Counted from the first letter of the whole stretch, positions 12,381 to 27,369 are shown. The stretch is DNA of 63,963 bases, filler included, from Octopus bimaculoides (GCF_001194135.2; 5 parts of 5 records of this genome joined end to end with filler, not necessarily neighbours in it); one strand, 5' to 3'. Translations and numbers: made by a program. Notes: generated by a model not told the origin, from the letters alone.

Positions 12381-13611
12381 TATATATATATATGTAGGGG
12401 TGTGTGTGTGTATATATATATATGTGTGTGCATGCGTGTGTGTGTACATATGTGTGTGTAAATACGCACACACACATTAACACACACGTACACACACACA
12501 CACACAAACACACACATATATATATATATATACGTCAATGTATATATCTATCCATATGTATTTTTTAATGTTTGTAAGCCTGTTATATTTCATTCATTTC
12601 TCTCTTTCTCTCTCTTTCTCTGTTTCTATCTGTCTTCGGATTTTTTTGCAAAGAAAACTGACCTTTGGAGATGGAGTTTAACAAACAGTAGTAATACACA
12701 CACAAATAGAATTAGTATTTCTGATAAGATCATACTGTAGCGTAATCGAGAGACATTTCATAAATAAACAACTAAATTCACCCGAGAATTTTATTCACTG
12801 TCGAGCTTCTTCAAAGTTCTCAACTTGCCCTTTATCTTGACCTCAGCAAGGCAGCAGAATCTGTGTGAAGAAGACGGAAGGTGGATATGAATGCGACAAT
12901 GGAGCGCCAGGCTAAGTACATAATAGTGTTTAGTTTCGTCACCCGAGTGAGATTCAGAAAAGAAATCACACCAGGTTTGATTTTACATTTCATCTCTAGC
13001 GGGACTGAAAATATAAGAACCAATAGTGTATTGCTTTGTAATGAATCAACCATGCTGAATCCATTACAATAATTAACTTTGTAGTCGAATTACAAATGAA
13101 ATTTGAAAATGCTAGATGTTTTGTTTACTGAGACTAGAGGGCGTCAAATAGTTCGTGGTTTTATTGATTTATAGTTCCAACCCAACCAGTGTTTGTTTGT
13201 TTTCTTTCATCTTTGATTTTAACAACATACACATTCACATAAATTACACCTATCCATGCAGACCACCTCCAACGCATGAACACAAGCGTGTACACATATG
13301 TGAATTAAGAAATGCAATGGGACAGAATACACATGGAAACATTGCAAAAACTTTTACAGACTTAAATTTAATTAACAAGCATTTAATTTCACAGAGAAAA
13401 TAGAGTTAATGGTTTGGCAATACGGAGATCTCTGCGGTACGAGCCTAGAAAGATATCGACTAATTTCGGATAATCAAAATGCTGGTTTCTTTTGTTTTAC
13501 AGAAAGAAATAACTACTGAAGACTACTTTAGGATAAATATATTGCTACACGTCGTAAACAAAATCTAGAAATTTTAAGCTTTCTAAAATGTGTAGGAGAA
13601 AAAAATATTGG

Positions 13612-13800
13612 TTTCAAATTTTGACACAGGGCCAGCAATTTTGCGGAAGGAGTAAAGTCGATTACAACGGCAAAGGTGTTCTAGTGGTAATTATTTTATC
13701 GACTCCGAAAGGATGAAAGCAATGTCGACCTTGGCGCGGATTGAGCTCAGAACGTAAGGACAGACAAAATTCCGCAACATACTTTGCTCGGCATGCTAAA
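13612..13800 (-). mobile_element. tRNA-derived SINE copy
   Basis: Same family as 58790. Confidence 0.75.
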
Positions 13801-14234
13801 GATTCTGTCCACTCGCAGTTCCAGGTGAAAGAAATATTAAACGTGCGTATTGGTACCAAGATTCCAAACCTGTCTCAATTAATCTTAATCTTGAAGGGGT
13901 TGTTTTTCTCTGGTAGCTTACTATGAGGAGTAAACCACACGGCTATCAATAAATGCTTCCCTTTAAAATCTTCACAATCAATGCGTTGGAATTCACAGAA
14001 ACTCATTCAATTTAGGCTGAGGTAACGCGTTTACAGATGAATTAAAAGTGTTTTTACATGCGTGCATTCAATAATTATATTTGAACAATCAATGTAAATC
14101 TGCATGTCGCATGCAAAAAATACGGCATGCAGACAAAAAATTACTAGATAACAATCAGATGACAAAACTAGACGAGGACTTGTGCATTTCCTGAAAAGAG
14201 AGGAACAGATAGACAGACAAATAAATAGATAGAT

Positions 14235-14236
<2 letters not shown>

Positions 14237-14296
<60 letters not shown>

Positions 14297-14380
14297 TGTG
14301 TGAGAGAGATAGTGCGTGTGTGAGAGAGATAGTGCGTGTGCGTGAGAGTGAGAGAGAGTGAGAAAAGTATAGGGGTGAGA
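14237..14380. repeat. (GA)n and derived microsatellite
   Basis: Directly visible tandem repeat. Confidence 0.9.
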
Positions 14381-14849
14381 GAAGGAGTAGGAAAGAATAA
14401 GACTGAGCTCTGTGATTTAAACATATGGTATATTTACAGGTATAGGAGAAAGATAAGGCGAAATATGTATGTCTGCTACATGGATTACATATATCATAAG
14501 CAACTGTGGTATGCGTGAATACATAAGTATATATCAAACAATCTAGGTATATAAAACCATCTACACATATTTAAACATACTCAAATCATTCCACATTGCG
14601 GTGGTTTTTCGTTGCCCATACACTTAGAACTGAATATATATTAATATCAATATAAATAACAAAAATAATAAGAATGTATTTATGTGTATATCTATGAATA
14701 ATTATAAATAGGTATACGAATGTGTATACATAATGCATACATACATACATACCTACGTTACTCAGTATGCCAGAAATTTGGAAACGAGATGCTGTACCAC
14801 TTGACATTCGCATCGCAAGCTCCAATACGAACATTTCAATGTGCTTGGG

Positions 14850-15385
14850 TGTCAATTTGAGACAGTACAGTTTGCGGACATGTACTGAGAGTGATACAAA
14901 TCAAACATGCAATCAACATCATGTTGATTAGAGTGATCACTAGTGATGCCGATATTATGCCTCCATTCATCTTCCCACAAAGCCTCAGACTCAACACGGA
15001 GGCCTACATCAAGTGCCTGGAGGAGGTAGTGCTGCCCTGGGTCAAGAGGGTGGCTGATAGAAATCCTACGTCTGGCAATATGATTGTGCACCACGCAACA
15101 CAAGCAGGAGCACCCAGTCATGGTTGTCAGACAATTTCTGCTCTCACATCAAACTTAATATCTGACTACATAACTCCCTAGGATGCAACCCTCTTGATTA
15201 TTATGTGTGGGGCGCAGTTGAGACCAACAAAACTCCTTGTAACACCAAAGATGATTTGAATGCAAGGATTATAGCAGCATTCACCAACTTAAACGAGGAG
15301 ATCATCCAGAAGAGCAACAGGAGATTCCGAGGCCATCTGGAGACCATGGATGAAGCCGATAGCGATTGTATTGAATAAATCAGCT
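14850..15385 (+). mobile_element. Tc1/mariner-superfamily transposase C-terminal remnant
   Basis: MPPFIFPQSLRLNTEAYIKCLEEVVLPWVKRV, and a frameshifted CNPLDYYVWGAVE corresponding to the SPD.NP.D motif. Confidence 0.75.
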
Positions 15386-15795
15386 TTTCATTGAAATTCT
15401 CTTACGAGCAAGAGAAGAGAATATATGCCATGATACTTTGCAAAGTCCTATACAGGAAAATATATCCTTGCAGATATTTCGACGAATGCTCGTTCCTCGG
15501 TTTCGCTAAATTACGCCTTCTCGTCTTATGTTATACGGAGCGGCATGATTATCACTATATGTGTAGTTCTTGTTAAAGATACAGGATTGAGTTTCATTCA
15601 ATTCAAAACGTTAAAATATAAAAAAAAAAGAGAGAAAGATATGCGATGTCTCGGAGTTTACGATCAATTAGTAAGTTTAGAATCAATTAATAAGTTTTCA
15701 ATTAACAAATACACACCATTAGATAAATTACTTAGTTAATAAAATAAAACCAAGGAAACACAAGTGTTTCTATCACCAGAGAACGATCGCACAGT

Positions 15796-15833
<38 letters not shown>

Positions 15834-16604
15834 CACAACGACATACGCACATATAAAACGATATGAACACCGACACCTTCACAGGTATGCACATGCACAT
15901 ACACATTACGAATGCAGAAAACCATTTTGCACATATACACTTATTTATGCACTTACACGCATACGTAAGCGCTCACAGACATCCGCATGCACAAACACTT
16001 ATGCATTTACAAACGTATATATGCACGTGCATACGCGTGGAAATTAACAACTGTTGTGGTGTTCCGGAAAATAGACGAAATCAGAAGAAGCAATAAATTG
16101 GAAGTTAATACTGTAAACCACGATAAACAATGTTCTTAACACAACTAACTCACAAGTCATTAACATCTAATTTAAAAACATACTTAAGTAACACAAATAC
16201 AAGACAAAACTTTAGTAAAATCTCTAATGTTACTAACTGTAATAATGATTTCTAACTTTGGTGGAACGCAACAAATCTTAGTTGATTGGATTAAGGATTC
16301 GGAGAAATTCAATTTGAACTGAAAGTAGTGAGTGACATGACTAAAATTTGTAAGAGTGAATACGGTTGTCCCTATCTAGTCACTCAACTTGCTAGAAATG
16401 GTCGCCAGTTGCCTCTCAAGTATCTCACTACCGCAATGGAAACTTATGAAGGCATTGGATAATAAGGTAAAAACTAGTTTTGACCAATGATCAAATCACC
16501 ACCAACAGCGCTAATAGGGACACCAAAAAAAGCCTCCCCCACCCTCGAAAAAGTTATTTAGATCGGAGACAACTCCAGCGTTATTCATGACAAAGTTATA
16601 ATGA

Positions 16605-16775
16605 TTTCAAATTTTGGCACGAGACCAGCAATTTTGGAGGAGGTATAGGTCGATATCATCGACCCCAGCACTCATCTCAGAAAGGATAGAAGGCAAAGTC
16701 CCCCTCAGTGGTATTTGAAACCGGAACGTAAAGACGGACGAAATGCCGCTAAACATTATCCCCTGCGCGGTAATA
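16605..16775 (-). mobile_element. tRNA-derived SINE copy
   Basis: Same family as 58790. Confidence 0.7.
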
Positions 16776-16829
16776 ATATGATATAATATAACACAATATA
16801 ATATTATGTGATCGACCAAGCACTCAGAT

Positions 16830-17075
16830 GTTATACATCGCTGGTCACAATGCGCTTTGCATTGCATTATCTGTCGAATGAGACCACCTTGGTGGCTAGA
16901 CGAGCAGCCAACATTCCTCCTGATCAGAAGGCTACTCAATCACAGGCATACTCATTAATAGATGAGTTGACTGTAGCAATGTAAGATGATGTGTTTACTA
17001 AAGAAAACAACCAGTCCGGGAATCGAAACCACGATTCTGAACTTGTGAATGGAACGTGCCTAACCACTAGGATTC
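16830..17075 (-). mobile_element. Second tRNA-derived SINE family
   Basis: Minus strand starts 'cctagtggttagg' (A box) followed by 'GGTTTCGATTCCC' (B box). Confidence 0.6.
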
Positions 17076-19019
17076 GTGACTTCACATGATATTATATTAC
17101 ATCGATGGTACCGGGTCCTATAGGGAAAGTAATAAGTTGCCGACCGCCCGGCTTTCATTACAATACACCATAAGGCAGAAGTCCAGTTGGAAGACTAATG
17201 AAAATCGCGTAATATCATGATACACCCTTATAATTTTCAGAAGGCTTTGCTTGAGTTCATACTCCCAATAAGCATTTCTGCATCTATATATTCAATTTTA
17301 CTAATTTCCAAAGGTGACAATGATCTTGGCAAAGGGTTCAGTTGGAAATGAACTGTTTGACTAATATTTACCATAAGATTTTAATTCCTATTGTTGAGTG
17401 TAGAGAAATCAGAATATAATGTAATGTTGCCAAGAAAGTTCTATAAAAGCCTTCTTTTCAGATTAGTCAGGTGTCATATTTGACTCCGCTATTTAATTCA
17501 CCTATTTATTTCTATTCAATCAATGCCTGTTTATTTCAACTCACATACGATTGTCAGCCTGTCTAACTTACATTTTACAGAAAATTGTTTTGATCAGAAA
17601 ATGATACCGTCTCAGCCTCAAAGCTTCCAGGAGCTAAAATGCTGCTGTATCGAATACCTAATGCAAATATAATTTCTTGTTAATATAAATCAACGTTTAA
17701 TATAAATATATGTGATAGAAATATGTGTTCATTTTTAATGTTTAATCTCAACGTTTTCTTTTCTTAACGTAATCTCATTGTAAGGGTGTATGTCCTTGTG
17801 GATAATTCAGTTAGGGACGCATATGCAACTGTTTTAAATGATATAGGACGCATTAGATATGTGGTCCACAATGCTTGCAACCTGAAAAGAGTTAAGATTG
17901 GTGATACTATCTGCGAGGGCTTTGATTAATACGATCTGCTCAATCAGTACTACTCGAAGGATAAAACTACATGAACAAGAACCTTTCTTTAGCTTTCTAC
18001 ATTAACGAGGTGTCTCTTTCCATAGTGTTTGCAACTTAATCGACTGGCTGTTTTATCTATTTGCAGTAAAATATCTTCGCAGAATAAAGCACTATCAGCA
18101 AGAAAATTACGATGCTTCAGTTAAATATTTCTTCAAACTCAACTAATCCAGATGTGAACTTATATAAACCATTCAAGTGTAGACGATGGCATTCATTCTG
18201 AAACACTGAGCAAATGCGCAGGCTCCCACAGATCTCAACATCGATAAATAAAAGTAATTGACATCTGAACTCAAAAACTTAGATTCCGTTTTAACGCAAA
18301 ACACTGACGAACAGTACATAGAAACTAGAATACATCTAGGATAGCTATTGTCTACGACAGTAACAGCCGCAGAACTATCAATTTATAGAATCCAGTATAT
18401 AACTTATAAAATCTCGGTTTTTAAACTTATCGATGAATAAGCATGTCTGTGTATAATTCGCAATGTTTTGCAGAAAGTGCGTACGCATAAGTTACACTTC
18501 TCAGAGCGTTATATGTTTTGTTGTTTTAATGTTCTAAGAGGTGGTGGGGGTTGTTTCTTTTCTTTAATGTTGATTTTCAATTTCAAAGTAATTTGGTCTA
18601 AAATAATTTTCTCAAAATAACTATTAAAGATACAATTGAATTTGTAAAACAAGACTGGGTTATAAAGAATATATTAAATCTAATTTCTCCTTTAAAATCG
18701 AAACGCACTATGCTACATCTTATTAATCTCACTAGAGAAATAGGTTCATTGCATATATTGTATGTTAAGGTAAATTTAATGGTGTGTTAAAGTTGTTTCA
18801 GCATCTTTAGCTTGCTCAGTTTTACATTTAAACATTTTTCTTTATCATATTACGTTCTTGTGTTTATATTCAAGAAACAATAATACTCCGTTTGTATACA
18901 TTATAATTTCATAAGTTGGTAATTAAAAACAAATATATCTTTGTTCTTCTACATCCCACTCGTTTTTCTTTCTATCTCACTTTGTTCACATCTCTATCTC
19001 ACTGCTTCTCCAACTCACT

Positions 19020-19108
19020 CACTCACTCACTCACTCTGTCTCTCTCTCCCTCTCCCTCTCTGTCTCTCTCTGTCTGTCTGTCTCTCTCTGTCTGTCTGTC
19101 TGTCTCTC

Positions 19109-19175
<67 letters not shown>
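19020..19175. repeat. (CT)n/(CTGT)n compound microsatellite
   Basis: Directly visible tandem repeat. Confidence 0.95.
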
Positions 19176-19178
<3 letters not shown>

Positions 19179-20919
19179 GCATTATCGCTCAGTCGAGAAA
19201 ACGTACATACGTATGCTCATGTCCCTCTAGATATTCTGGTATTTATTTACTATACAAAATAGGATATAAATTAAATGTTCACTTATAAATGATGATTAAA
19301 TTCAGAAATAATGTATTTGTTGAATATATTTTAAGTGANNNNNNNNNNNNNNNNNNNNNNNNNNNNNNNNNNNNNNNNNNNNNNNNNNNNNNNNNNNNNN
19401 NNNNNNNNNNNNNNNNNNNNNNNNNNNNNNNNNNNNNNNNNNNNNNNNNNNNNNNNNNNNNNNNNNNNNNNNNNNNNNNNNNNNNNNNNNNNNNNNNNNN
19501 NNNNNNNNNNNNNNNNNNNNNNNNNNNNNNNNNNNNNNNNNNNNNNNNNNNNNNNNNNNNNNNNNNNNNNNNNNNNNNNNNNNNNNNNNNNNNNNNNNNN
19601 NNNNNNNNNNNNNNNNNNNNNNNNNNNTATATATATATACATACATACAAGAGGAAAACAATTAGTTTTAAATATCTGATCGAGAAGTAAGTAGTAAGAG
19701 TAATACAAAATAAAATCTATTTGCTAACGTAAAGTGACAGTCTTGATTAGGAAAACATCTTTTCCAGCTGTCTACTGACGCATGACGGTGTCTTTTGGAT
19801 TGCAGACGAGTGAATGTGGAAAATAATGGAGCATCAATCTCGACATTTACATGGATTAAGATGTCGTAGATCTGACAGTATATTTTTGTATAATTAAAAT
19901 TGTGTTTCATATAGACACCCATTTAATTTTCAACATGCCTGTCCTTAAGCAAACATGGAACATTCTCAGCGAAAACTTTAATGTTCGTCCGGAGGCGCAT
20001 GACCATCATATTGGGATGTATATATAGCGTTTTAAAGGATAGCTTCCCTACGGATGTGAATGTGCCATCAAAAGGTCAAGAAAAATGCAGAATATTTTTG
20101 GTTAATCAATGTGGAAATTATAGCTCTTGCATCCTGACTATAAATGTCCTTTGTACTTCCCATCATCACCAAGTTTACACAATTTACACAAAAACCTCGA
20201 AGAAATATCAAAAGAAACATTCGCGGATTCTTCAAATTCAATCTGTTAACAGCACAATGAAGATTTGTAAGACATTCCAAAGATTCTCCATGTTAGACCC
20301 TTTCACTGAATAGATGAACACACATCTAAACAGCTCAATCAGCACATGAACTCAACCACATAATTATAAACACCGGGAACTCTCTTAACTAAAAAAGTCA
20401 CTTTGTTAGCGTTCGGCTTGAACTCTCAGGAATAACTTAAATAAAACTCAAAGAAATATGCAAGCATACACGCATATATACTCGCATATGGACGCAGATA
20501 CACATGCACACTCACACACACACACGCTCATATATATAAATACACGTATTTAGGTATAAATTCTCTGTTACTAATAGCTTCAAAATAATCCGTTGAACTG
20601 ATACAAGCTTGGACACATCAGCAGTGTTGAATCTTGAAGTCAGTGAGTGCTTCGAGTGTAACAACATACGTTCAGGTAATCGGATCTGGATTGATAGATC
20701 TTAGCTTAGTGTCTCCAAGAATCCATATACATTCATGTATCTCTCTATATAAAACGGATGACATGTGTAAATATATTTATAAGCATATATTTATTGACCC
20801 AGCATGGCTGTAGTTTAATGATTGAAACATGCAAATAAATACATATATAAAATATGTACACTGTCTACACAAATAAAACGGTATAATGAGGAGTACGATT
20901 TATCAATGAGACGCTTGTA

Positions 20920-20974
<55 letters not shown>

Positions 20975-20982
<8 letters not shown>

Positions 20983-22222
20983 GGCAAGAAAGTAATTTCG
21001 GCTTTTTAGTGTGAAATAAAAGTCAATTTTTTTAATACAAAGAATGAACTATATCAATTATATATTTTTCGGTTTGTTCGATGACCTTTTGCCATCTTTC
21101 TGGATTCCGTACTCGTAGAACTTCTCTCAGGAAAAATCTGATTTCAGGTCATCATCATCATTGAAACCATTATCATTTAAAGAATTTAGCAAACTTTGAG
21201 ATAAGTGGTAATCTAATGGTGTACGGTCAGGGATATATGGCGGCTGTGGCATTACTTCCCAACCAAGCTCCAATGATTTTTGTTGTGTTAGCAAAGACAT
21301 GTGTAGTCTAGTGTTGTCGTGGTGGAACACGATTCTTTTACGATTTGCCAATTCTAGCCGTTTTTCTTTGATTGCTTCATCCAGTTACATTAATTGTTGG
21401 CAGTAAACATCTGAATTGATTTTGATTGTTTGGTTCTTTGGAAGCAGATCAAAATACACATCATCTTTTTAATCCCACCAAATTGACAGCATGACCCTTT
21501 TTCATGCAATTCAACTTTCGATGTGGTTTTTGATGGTACATTACGCTTGGACAATGATTGTTCCCGATTGCTGTCATTGTAGACAATCCAATTTTCAACA
21601 CCAGTGATTATTCGTTTCAAAACAAGATCGATTTCATTGCGGTTGAGATTCATATCGCAAATATTGATTCGTTGTGTAAGGTCTTCTGTTTCAACGTATG
21701 TGGAACCCAAATATCGAGCTTCTTAACGAGTCCAAGACATTTTAAGTGATTTTCAATTGCTGTGTGTGGTACATCTAACCTCTTTGCAATTTTTCGCACT
21801 GTTATATGACAATCAGATTCAATTATGGCTTTTGATTCGGTCATCATCAGCTTCAGTAGGTCGACCAAAACGTTGGTCATCTTTCAGTTAAAAATCTCTA
21901 AAATGGAATCTTTTAAACCATTTCTGACATGTACGTTCTGTTAAGCAATCAACACCATAATCTTCACATTTTTCTTTGTGAGTCTTAGCAGCTTTCTTGC
22001 CTTTACAGAAATAAAAAGCAAAATGTTCGTTTTTGCACTCCATATTAAAATTCACATTGAACTACCAGCTCTAAACAAAATTTCGCGCAATTTGCTTCTA
22101 AAGTAAGCTAAAAGTAATTGCTATCAAATGTCAAAAGGAAAAAATCATGACATTGAAAAATTCATTCATAAAAATCGTAATTCTATTTGCGACAAGTGAA
22201 ATTACTTTCTTTTCCAACACAG
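20975..22222 (-). mobile_element. Near full-length decayed mariner (about 1.25 kb, both TIRs) next to a (TA)n tract
   Basis: TIRs 'ttggattggcaagaaagtaattt' and 'tgtgttggaaaagaaagtaattt'. Motifs WVPHTL, IVFHHDNTRLH and PPYIPDRTPLDYHL. Confidence 0.9.
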
Positions 22223-22309
22223 TATATATACGTCTTAATAATTATAAACTGTATGGAGTCTTGTAAACCCACAGAATTTATTTTATATCGCTATACATGT
22301 TATTATAAT

Positions 22310-23130
22310 GATCTACTGGAGTTTCTGTTGTAGCGACTCTTCACTGCTGAAAATGCAACCTTGCAATATTATCGGTGCAATTTCATCGGGGTCTGTCCAT
22401 TTGGTTGTCCTGGATGTGAACTGGCTGAAGTAATGTTTGTTAGTATTCTGTGTGAGTTTGGGGTATGTGTTGCTGACCACAGGTATATGTTGCTGACCTC
22501 AGCTTCACTCCAGTCGGTGTCCGAAGTTAGGGCTTTGTCTTAAAATAGATTAAATTCGAGAATTATTGTTTCTGTAAGGATCTTTATTCATTTTAATGGC
22601 TGTCTGTGCTATTTTTGATTTCGAACCCAGTGTTTGTATTGTAGGGTTCTTGTTTGCTTGTATCCAATTTTTGGTAGATTGTTCTTTTATTTGTGCCGCA
22701 CATTGTGTAGGGTATTTGTGTTTTTTATTAATGCTGGTAATAAAAAAACATTTTATGTTATGTTACTATTAGTTATATTAAGCATAATCGTTGCATCTCT
22801 TAAAGGTCAGTTCGTGTTTGCGTAAACAGCTCAGGAGTTTTTCGTGTCTTGCATTAATTAATATCTGTTTTGATGTAAATATTTGGTGAAACAATCTTAT
22901 GCACAGGTTGCATCTATTTTCCTGTATTCGATAAAGCTTAGCAGTACTAATTGGTTACCAATCGATAAAATAGCTATTGTTTTTGTCATTATTTAACTAA
23001 ATAAATTTACATAGGCTTGTATCATTTATTTTTTGTCCTTTCTGTTTAAAAATATTAAATGATTGGCCAGTCGTTTTTGGAAAAAAAAAGACCTGGCACT
23101 TATATGAAAGTATTTCCTACACTCCGAGGT
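22310..23130 (-). mobile_element. Penelope-like element 3' region (GIY-YIG C-terminus plus terminal repeat)
   Basis: Frameshifted RLANH..KINDTSLCKFI*..IDW*PIS..RCNLC..LINARHEKLLSC fits the recalled PLE GIY-YIG tail. Confidence 0.65.
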
Positions 23131-23620
23131 TACTTTACATTTCCTTAGTCCATCCCGCGTCTGGTGGCGCATTGGGCAGACAACAATCTCCACTGATCTC
23201 TATCGGCAGCCTCTCTCTCTCGATGTTTTCCCATTTTCTGTTTATTACTGCTATGTCTGCTTTGAACGATCTGCGCCATGTTGTTTTGGTCTTCCTCTCT
23301 TTCTCTTTCTGCCAGATGGTTCCCATCTAAATGCTGTTTTGGCGTGCCGTTGGTCTGGCATGCGGAAATGTGCCCAGCTAGTCTCGTTCTTCTCTCTGTC
23401 ACGATATCTTGCAACCTTCTTGGCTGTGCTACCCATTTGGGGAATTCGTTATTTAGGGGGAATAAGATATAAATTTTTACTATATCAGTTACCTGGGTGG
23501 AGTCAGCCCAACCCATTTCTTGTGTCAAACATGTCTGACCAATCTCTATTTTTACCCAGTATTTTCCTTGGAATTTGATAATTGATTTTCTTGCAGCTAA
23601 TATTGCGTCCAATTCTTCCC
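23131..23620 (-). mobile_element. RTE-clade LINE 3' fragment
   Basis: RWEPSGRKRKRGRPK / TTWRR and ADRDQWR, with an AAGTAA-type tail. Confidence 0.8.
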
Positions 23621-23629
23621 TCTATTGAG

Positions 23630-23738
23630 GAGGTGTATTTAAAGCATAGTAGTTAGATATATTTATCTGAATAAATTTCGTTTGTTACTTTGTTGTGATT
23701 TTCTTAAGCCAGTCAATTCCTTCATATGAACTAGACCA
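23630..23738 (-). mobile_element. Penelope RT fragment
   Basis: IDWLKKITTK*QTKFIQINISNYY resembles the PLE I.WFK.I..K..FI.FDI..FY motif. Confidence 0.5.
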
Positions 23739-23997
23739 ANNNNNNNNNNNNNNNNNNNNNNNNNNNNNNNNNNNNNNNNNNNNNNNNNNNNNNNNNNNNN
23801 NNNNNNNNNNNNNNNNNNNNNNNNNNNNNNNNNNNNNNNNNNNNNNNNNNNNNNNNNNNNNNNNNNNNNNNNNNNNNNNNNNNNNNNNNNNNNNNNNNNN
23901 NNNNNNNNNNNNNNNNNNNNNNNNNNNNNNNNNNNNNNNNNNNNNNNNNNNNNNNNNNNNNNNNNNNNNNNNNNNNNNGTGTACATTCGCATGCACT

Positions 23998-24038
<41 letters not shown>

Positions 24039-24959
24039 AAACACGATTCGAAGGAAGTACTTTCGATTTCTGAGCTGAGAAGTGTGGTGTGTTATTTATG
24101 AAGTTACTAATATTTCCGTATCTCCACTCGGCTAAAGCAGGTATTTTGTTGGGACCGAAGTGACGTCTGTGTATCTTCTTAACTATAATTTTTTTCTTTT
24201 AGTGAAACGTGGGCCCATCAATGTAAATATAAGAAATGTTACTCATTATTAACATTCGAAGCTATATGTCGTATTTCATATGAATCAAATGCATCGGCAA
24301 AATAAATACAATAAGTGACATTCGTTCTTGATGAGTTACCTGAAGATTGCCTTACCTATCACATTGAAAAACTCTGGAACTACATCATCACAGAGAAAGC
24401 CAAGTGTCTTAACTTGACAGAGAAGTTATTTTGCTGCATTGCTGCAGAGAATTGCCCACTGAATCTCACAAAGGGATTGTAAAATACTCTACGCACAATT
24501 ATTCATTACTATTTCGTAATAGGAGATAAGTGGTTATATCTCGAGTGATGTACAACGATGTGTTCTAAACATGACATGAACAAATTTGAGCTTCATAACA
24601 TTAGTTGTTAACTACAGCATCGGAAAATGAAAATCAGCAGGGGACAACAAATCATTGTCTATTTTACGACCTGTCACGTTTCATATAATCATGTATCATC
24701 AACTATTGATATATCGTTCATGAAGATGATGAGATTGTGGTGGTTGTGGTGGTGGTAGTAGTTTTGGTGATAATGATGATGATGGTGATGATCGTGATAA
24801 GTATAATGTTAGTGATATCTATATACACACACGAGAGTGCGTGAGTGTGCGTAAGTGTGTTTACCGTAGTATGAATAGAAAAAGGTGAAATTATAAAAGA
24901 TATTAATATTATAATACAGTTACATACTTGGACGCAGGCACGCCGACTCCATAGATATA

Positions 24960-25084
24960 TGCATGCATGTATGTATCTATGTATGTATATATGAATGTGT
25001 ATATGTATATATACGCATACACATATATACGTGTATATTATGTGTTTGTGCGCGTATATGTCTGTCTATCTATCTATCTATCTG

Positions 25085-25135
<51 letters not shown>

Positions 25136-25215
25136 CCCTATCTCTCTATCTCTCTCTTTCTCTCCCTCTCTCTATATATATACACATATGTATTCATTTA
25201 TATATACATACATAC

Positions 25216-25246
<31 letters not shown>

Positions 25247-25335
25247 TGTATGTATGTATGTATGGATGGATGGATGGATGGATGGATGGATGGATGGATG
25301 GATGGATGGATGGATGGATGTGTGTATATATATGA
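24960..25335. repeat. Compound tetranucleotide microsatellite (TATC)/(TATG)/(TGGA)
   Basis: Directly visible tandem repeat. Confidence 0.95.
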
Positions 25336-26494
25336 AAATAAATACGAAAAGTTCGAAATATCAAAATGTTATCTCGAGATAAAATATCCCTGCTTTGAAC
25401 TTAATATTCCTCGTTGACTTCCACTAAGATATATATATATANNNNNNNNNNNNNNNNNNNNNNNNNNNNNNNNNNNNNNNNNNNNNNNNNNNNNNNNNNN
25501 NNNNNNNNNNNNNNNNNNNNNNNNNNNNNNNNNNNNNNNNNNNNNNNNNNNNNNNNNNNNNNNNNNNNNNNNNNNNNNNNNNNNNNNNNNNNNNNNNNNN
25601 NNNNNNNNNNNNNNNNNNNNNNNNNNNNNNNNNNNNNNNNNNNNNNNNNNNNNNNNNNNNNNNNNNNNNNNNNNNNNAACTAGCAAAAATAGATAAAGAA
25701 AACTTTTTTCAAAAAGGCAGATTTATTTGATAACACTTTAGTGGAGAGGGTCCAAGAAGTTCTATAGATAAAATCACAAGCGAATTATATTTCATTCTAT
25801 CTGTGATGTGTTTATATGCTATTCAAAATAGACGGTTCATTATTGTAGTTTAAATTTAGGCGGGATTATTTCGCAAAAGGTAATAGTGAATAATAGCAGT
25901 TAAAATAGCTGTTTTATTGTTGTTGTTATTGATGTTGACGTTCTTCTTGGTGTTGTTTTTCATTCCCAGTTTTAACATGAGATCAATGTTTTCTTTTCTT
26001 CTTCACTGAATGTATTGTATTTGAAATCTCGGCAATGATTGCTTCGAGTGTTTTATCAAGCGAATATGAAGCGAACGTGTACGCTTCTGTGTATGTAAAC
26101 ATGTAAATATGATACATGGATATATAGAAATACACTCATATACACGCGCGCAAACAGGCACACACTTCGCGAGTGAAACACAACACGCACACACATGTTT
26201 ATATATGTGTGTGTGTATAATTGAAAATATGTGGGAACAAAACATTAATACATTTCTTTTCCCTTATAAGTTTCAGCTTTAGAGAGTTAGACGATTGTAT
26301 GCTTATTTTATGTACCATACAAGAACAATGTCGCTTTTTTCGCCTTTCCGCTATCTGACGTGTACACTTAAATTTACCAGGGATATATATACGCATAAAT
26401 CTAGGTCAGAGTGACTTTATATTGATAAAGACACACACAGAAAAGGAGAGAAAGAGAGAGAGAGGGCGTGAAGAAGAGAAGTATGTTTATATCT

Positions 26495-26530
<36 letters not shown>

Positions 26531-27369
26531 GGAGAGAGATAGGTGAATACAAAAGAGATCAATGAAGAGATCATAGTCGTATGACGAAAACCGCTTCTTG
26601 GAAGTAAACGATTATCTGATGGAGAACTGAATAATAATGAGCAATGATTGAGTGTGGTTGTGTGCGTGGTATGTTTCATGTTATTTCACAATTATAGATA
26701 CGTTTACACACGCACAAAGACACATATNNNNNNNNNNNNNNNNNNNNNNNNNNNNNNNNNNNNNNNNNNNNNNNNNNNNNNNNNNNNNNNNNNNNNNNNN
26801 NNNNNNNNNNNNNNNNNNNNNNNNNNNNNNNNNNNNNNNNNNNNNNNNNNNNNNNNNNNNNNNNNNNNNNNNNNNNNNNNNNNNNNNNNNNNNNNNNNNN
26901 NNNNNNNNNNNNNNNNNNNNNNNNNNNNNNNNNNNNNNNNNNNNNNNNNNNNNNNNNNNNNNNNNNNNNNNNNNNNNNNNNNNNNNNNNNNNNNNNNNNN
27001 NNNNNNNNNNNNNNNNNNNNNNNNNNNNNNNNNNNNNNNNNNNNNNNNNNNNNNNNNNNNNNNNNNNNNNNNNNNNNNNNNNNNNNNNNNNNNNNNNNNN
27101 NNNNNNNNNNNNNNNNNNNNNNNNNNNNNNNNNNNNNNNNNNNNNNNNNNNNNNNNNNNNNNNNNNNNNNNNNNNNNNNNNNNNNNNNNNNNNNNNNNNN
27201 NNNNNNNNNNNNNNNNNNNNNNNNNNNNNNNNNNNNNNNNNNNNNNNNNNNNNNNNNNNNNNNNNNNNNNNNNNNNNNNNNNNNNNNNNNNNNNNNNNNN
27301 NNNNNNNNNNNNNNNNNNNNNNNNNNNNNNNNNNNNNNNNNNNNNNNNNNNNNNNNNNNNNNNNNNNNN

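Noticed and set aside
12846-12918. EGF-like ICVKKTEGGYECD exon
   Set aside because: The frame ends in TAA before any canonical GT donor, and the cysteine pattern is incomplete.
24323-24482. Short open frame resembling a hAT C-terminal domain
   Set aside because: The diagnostic SNA..ER.FS motif is absent, so support is too weak.
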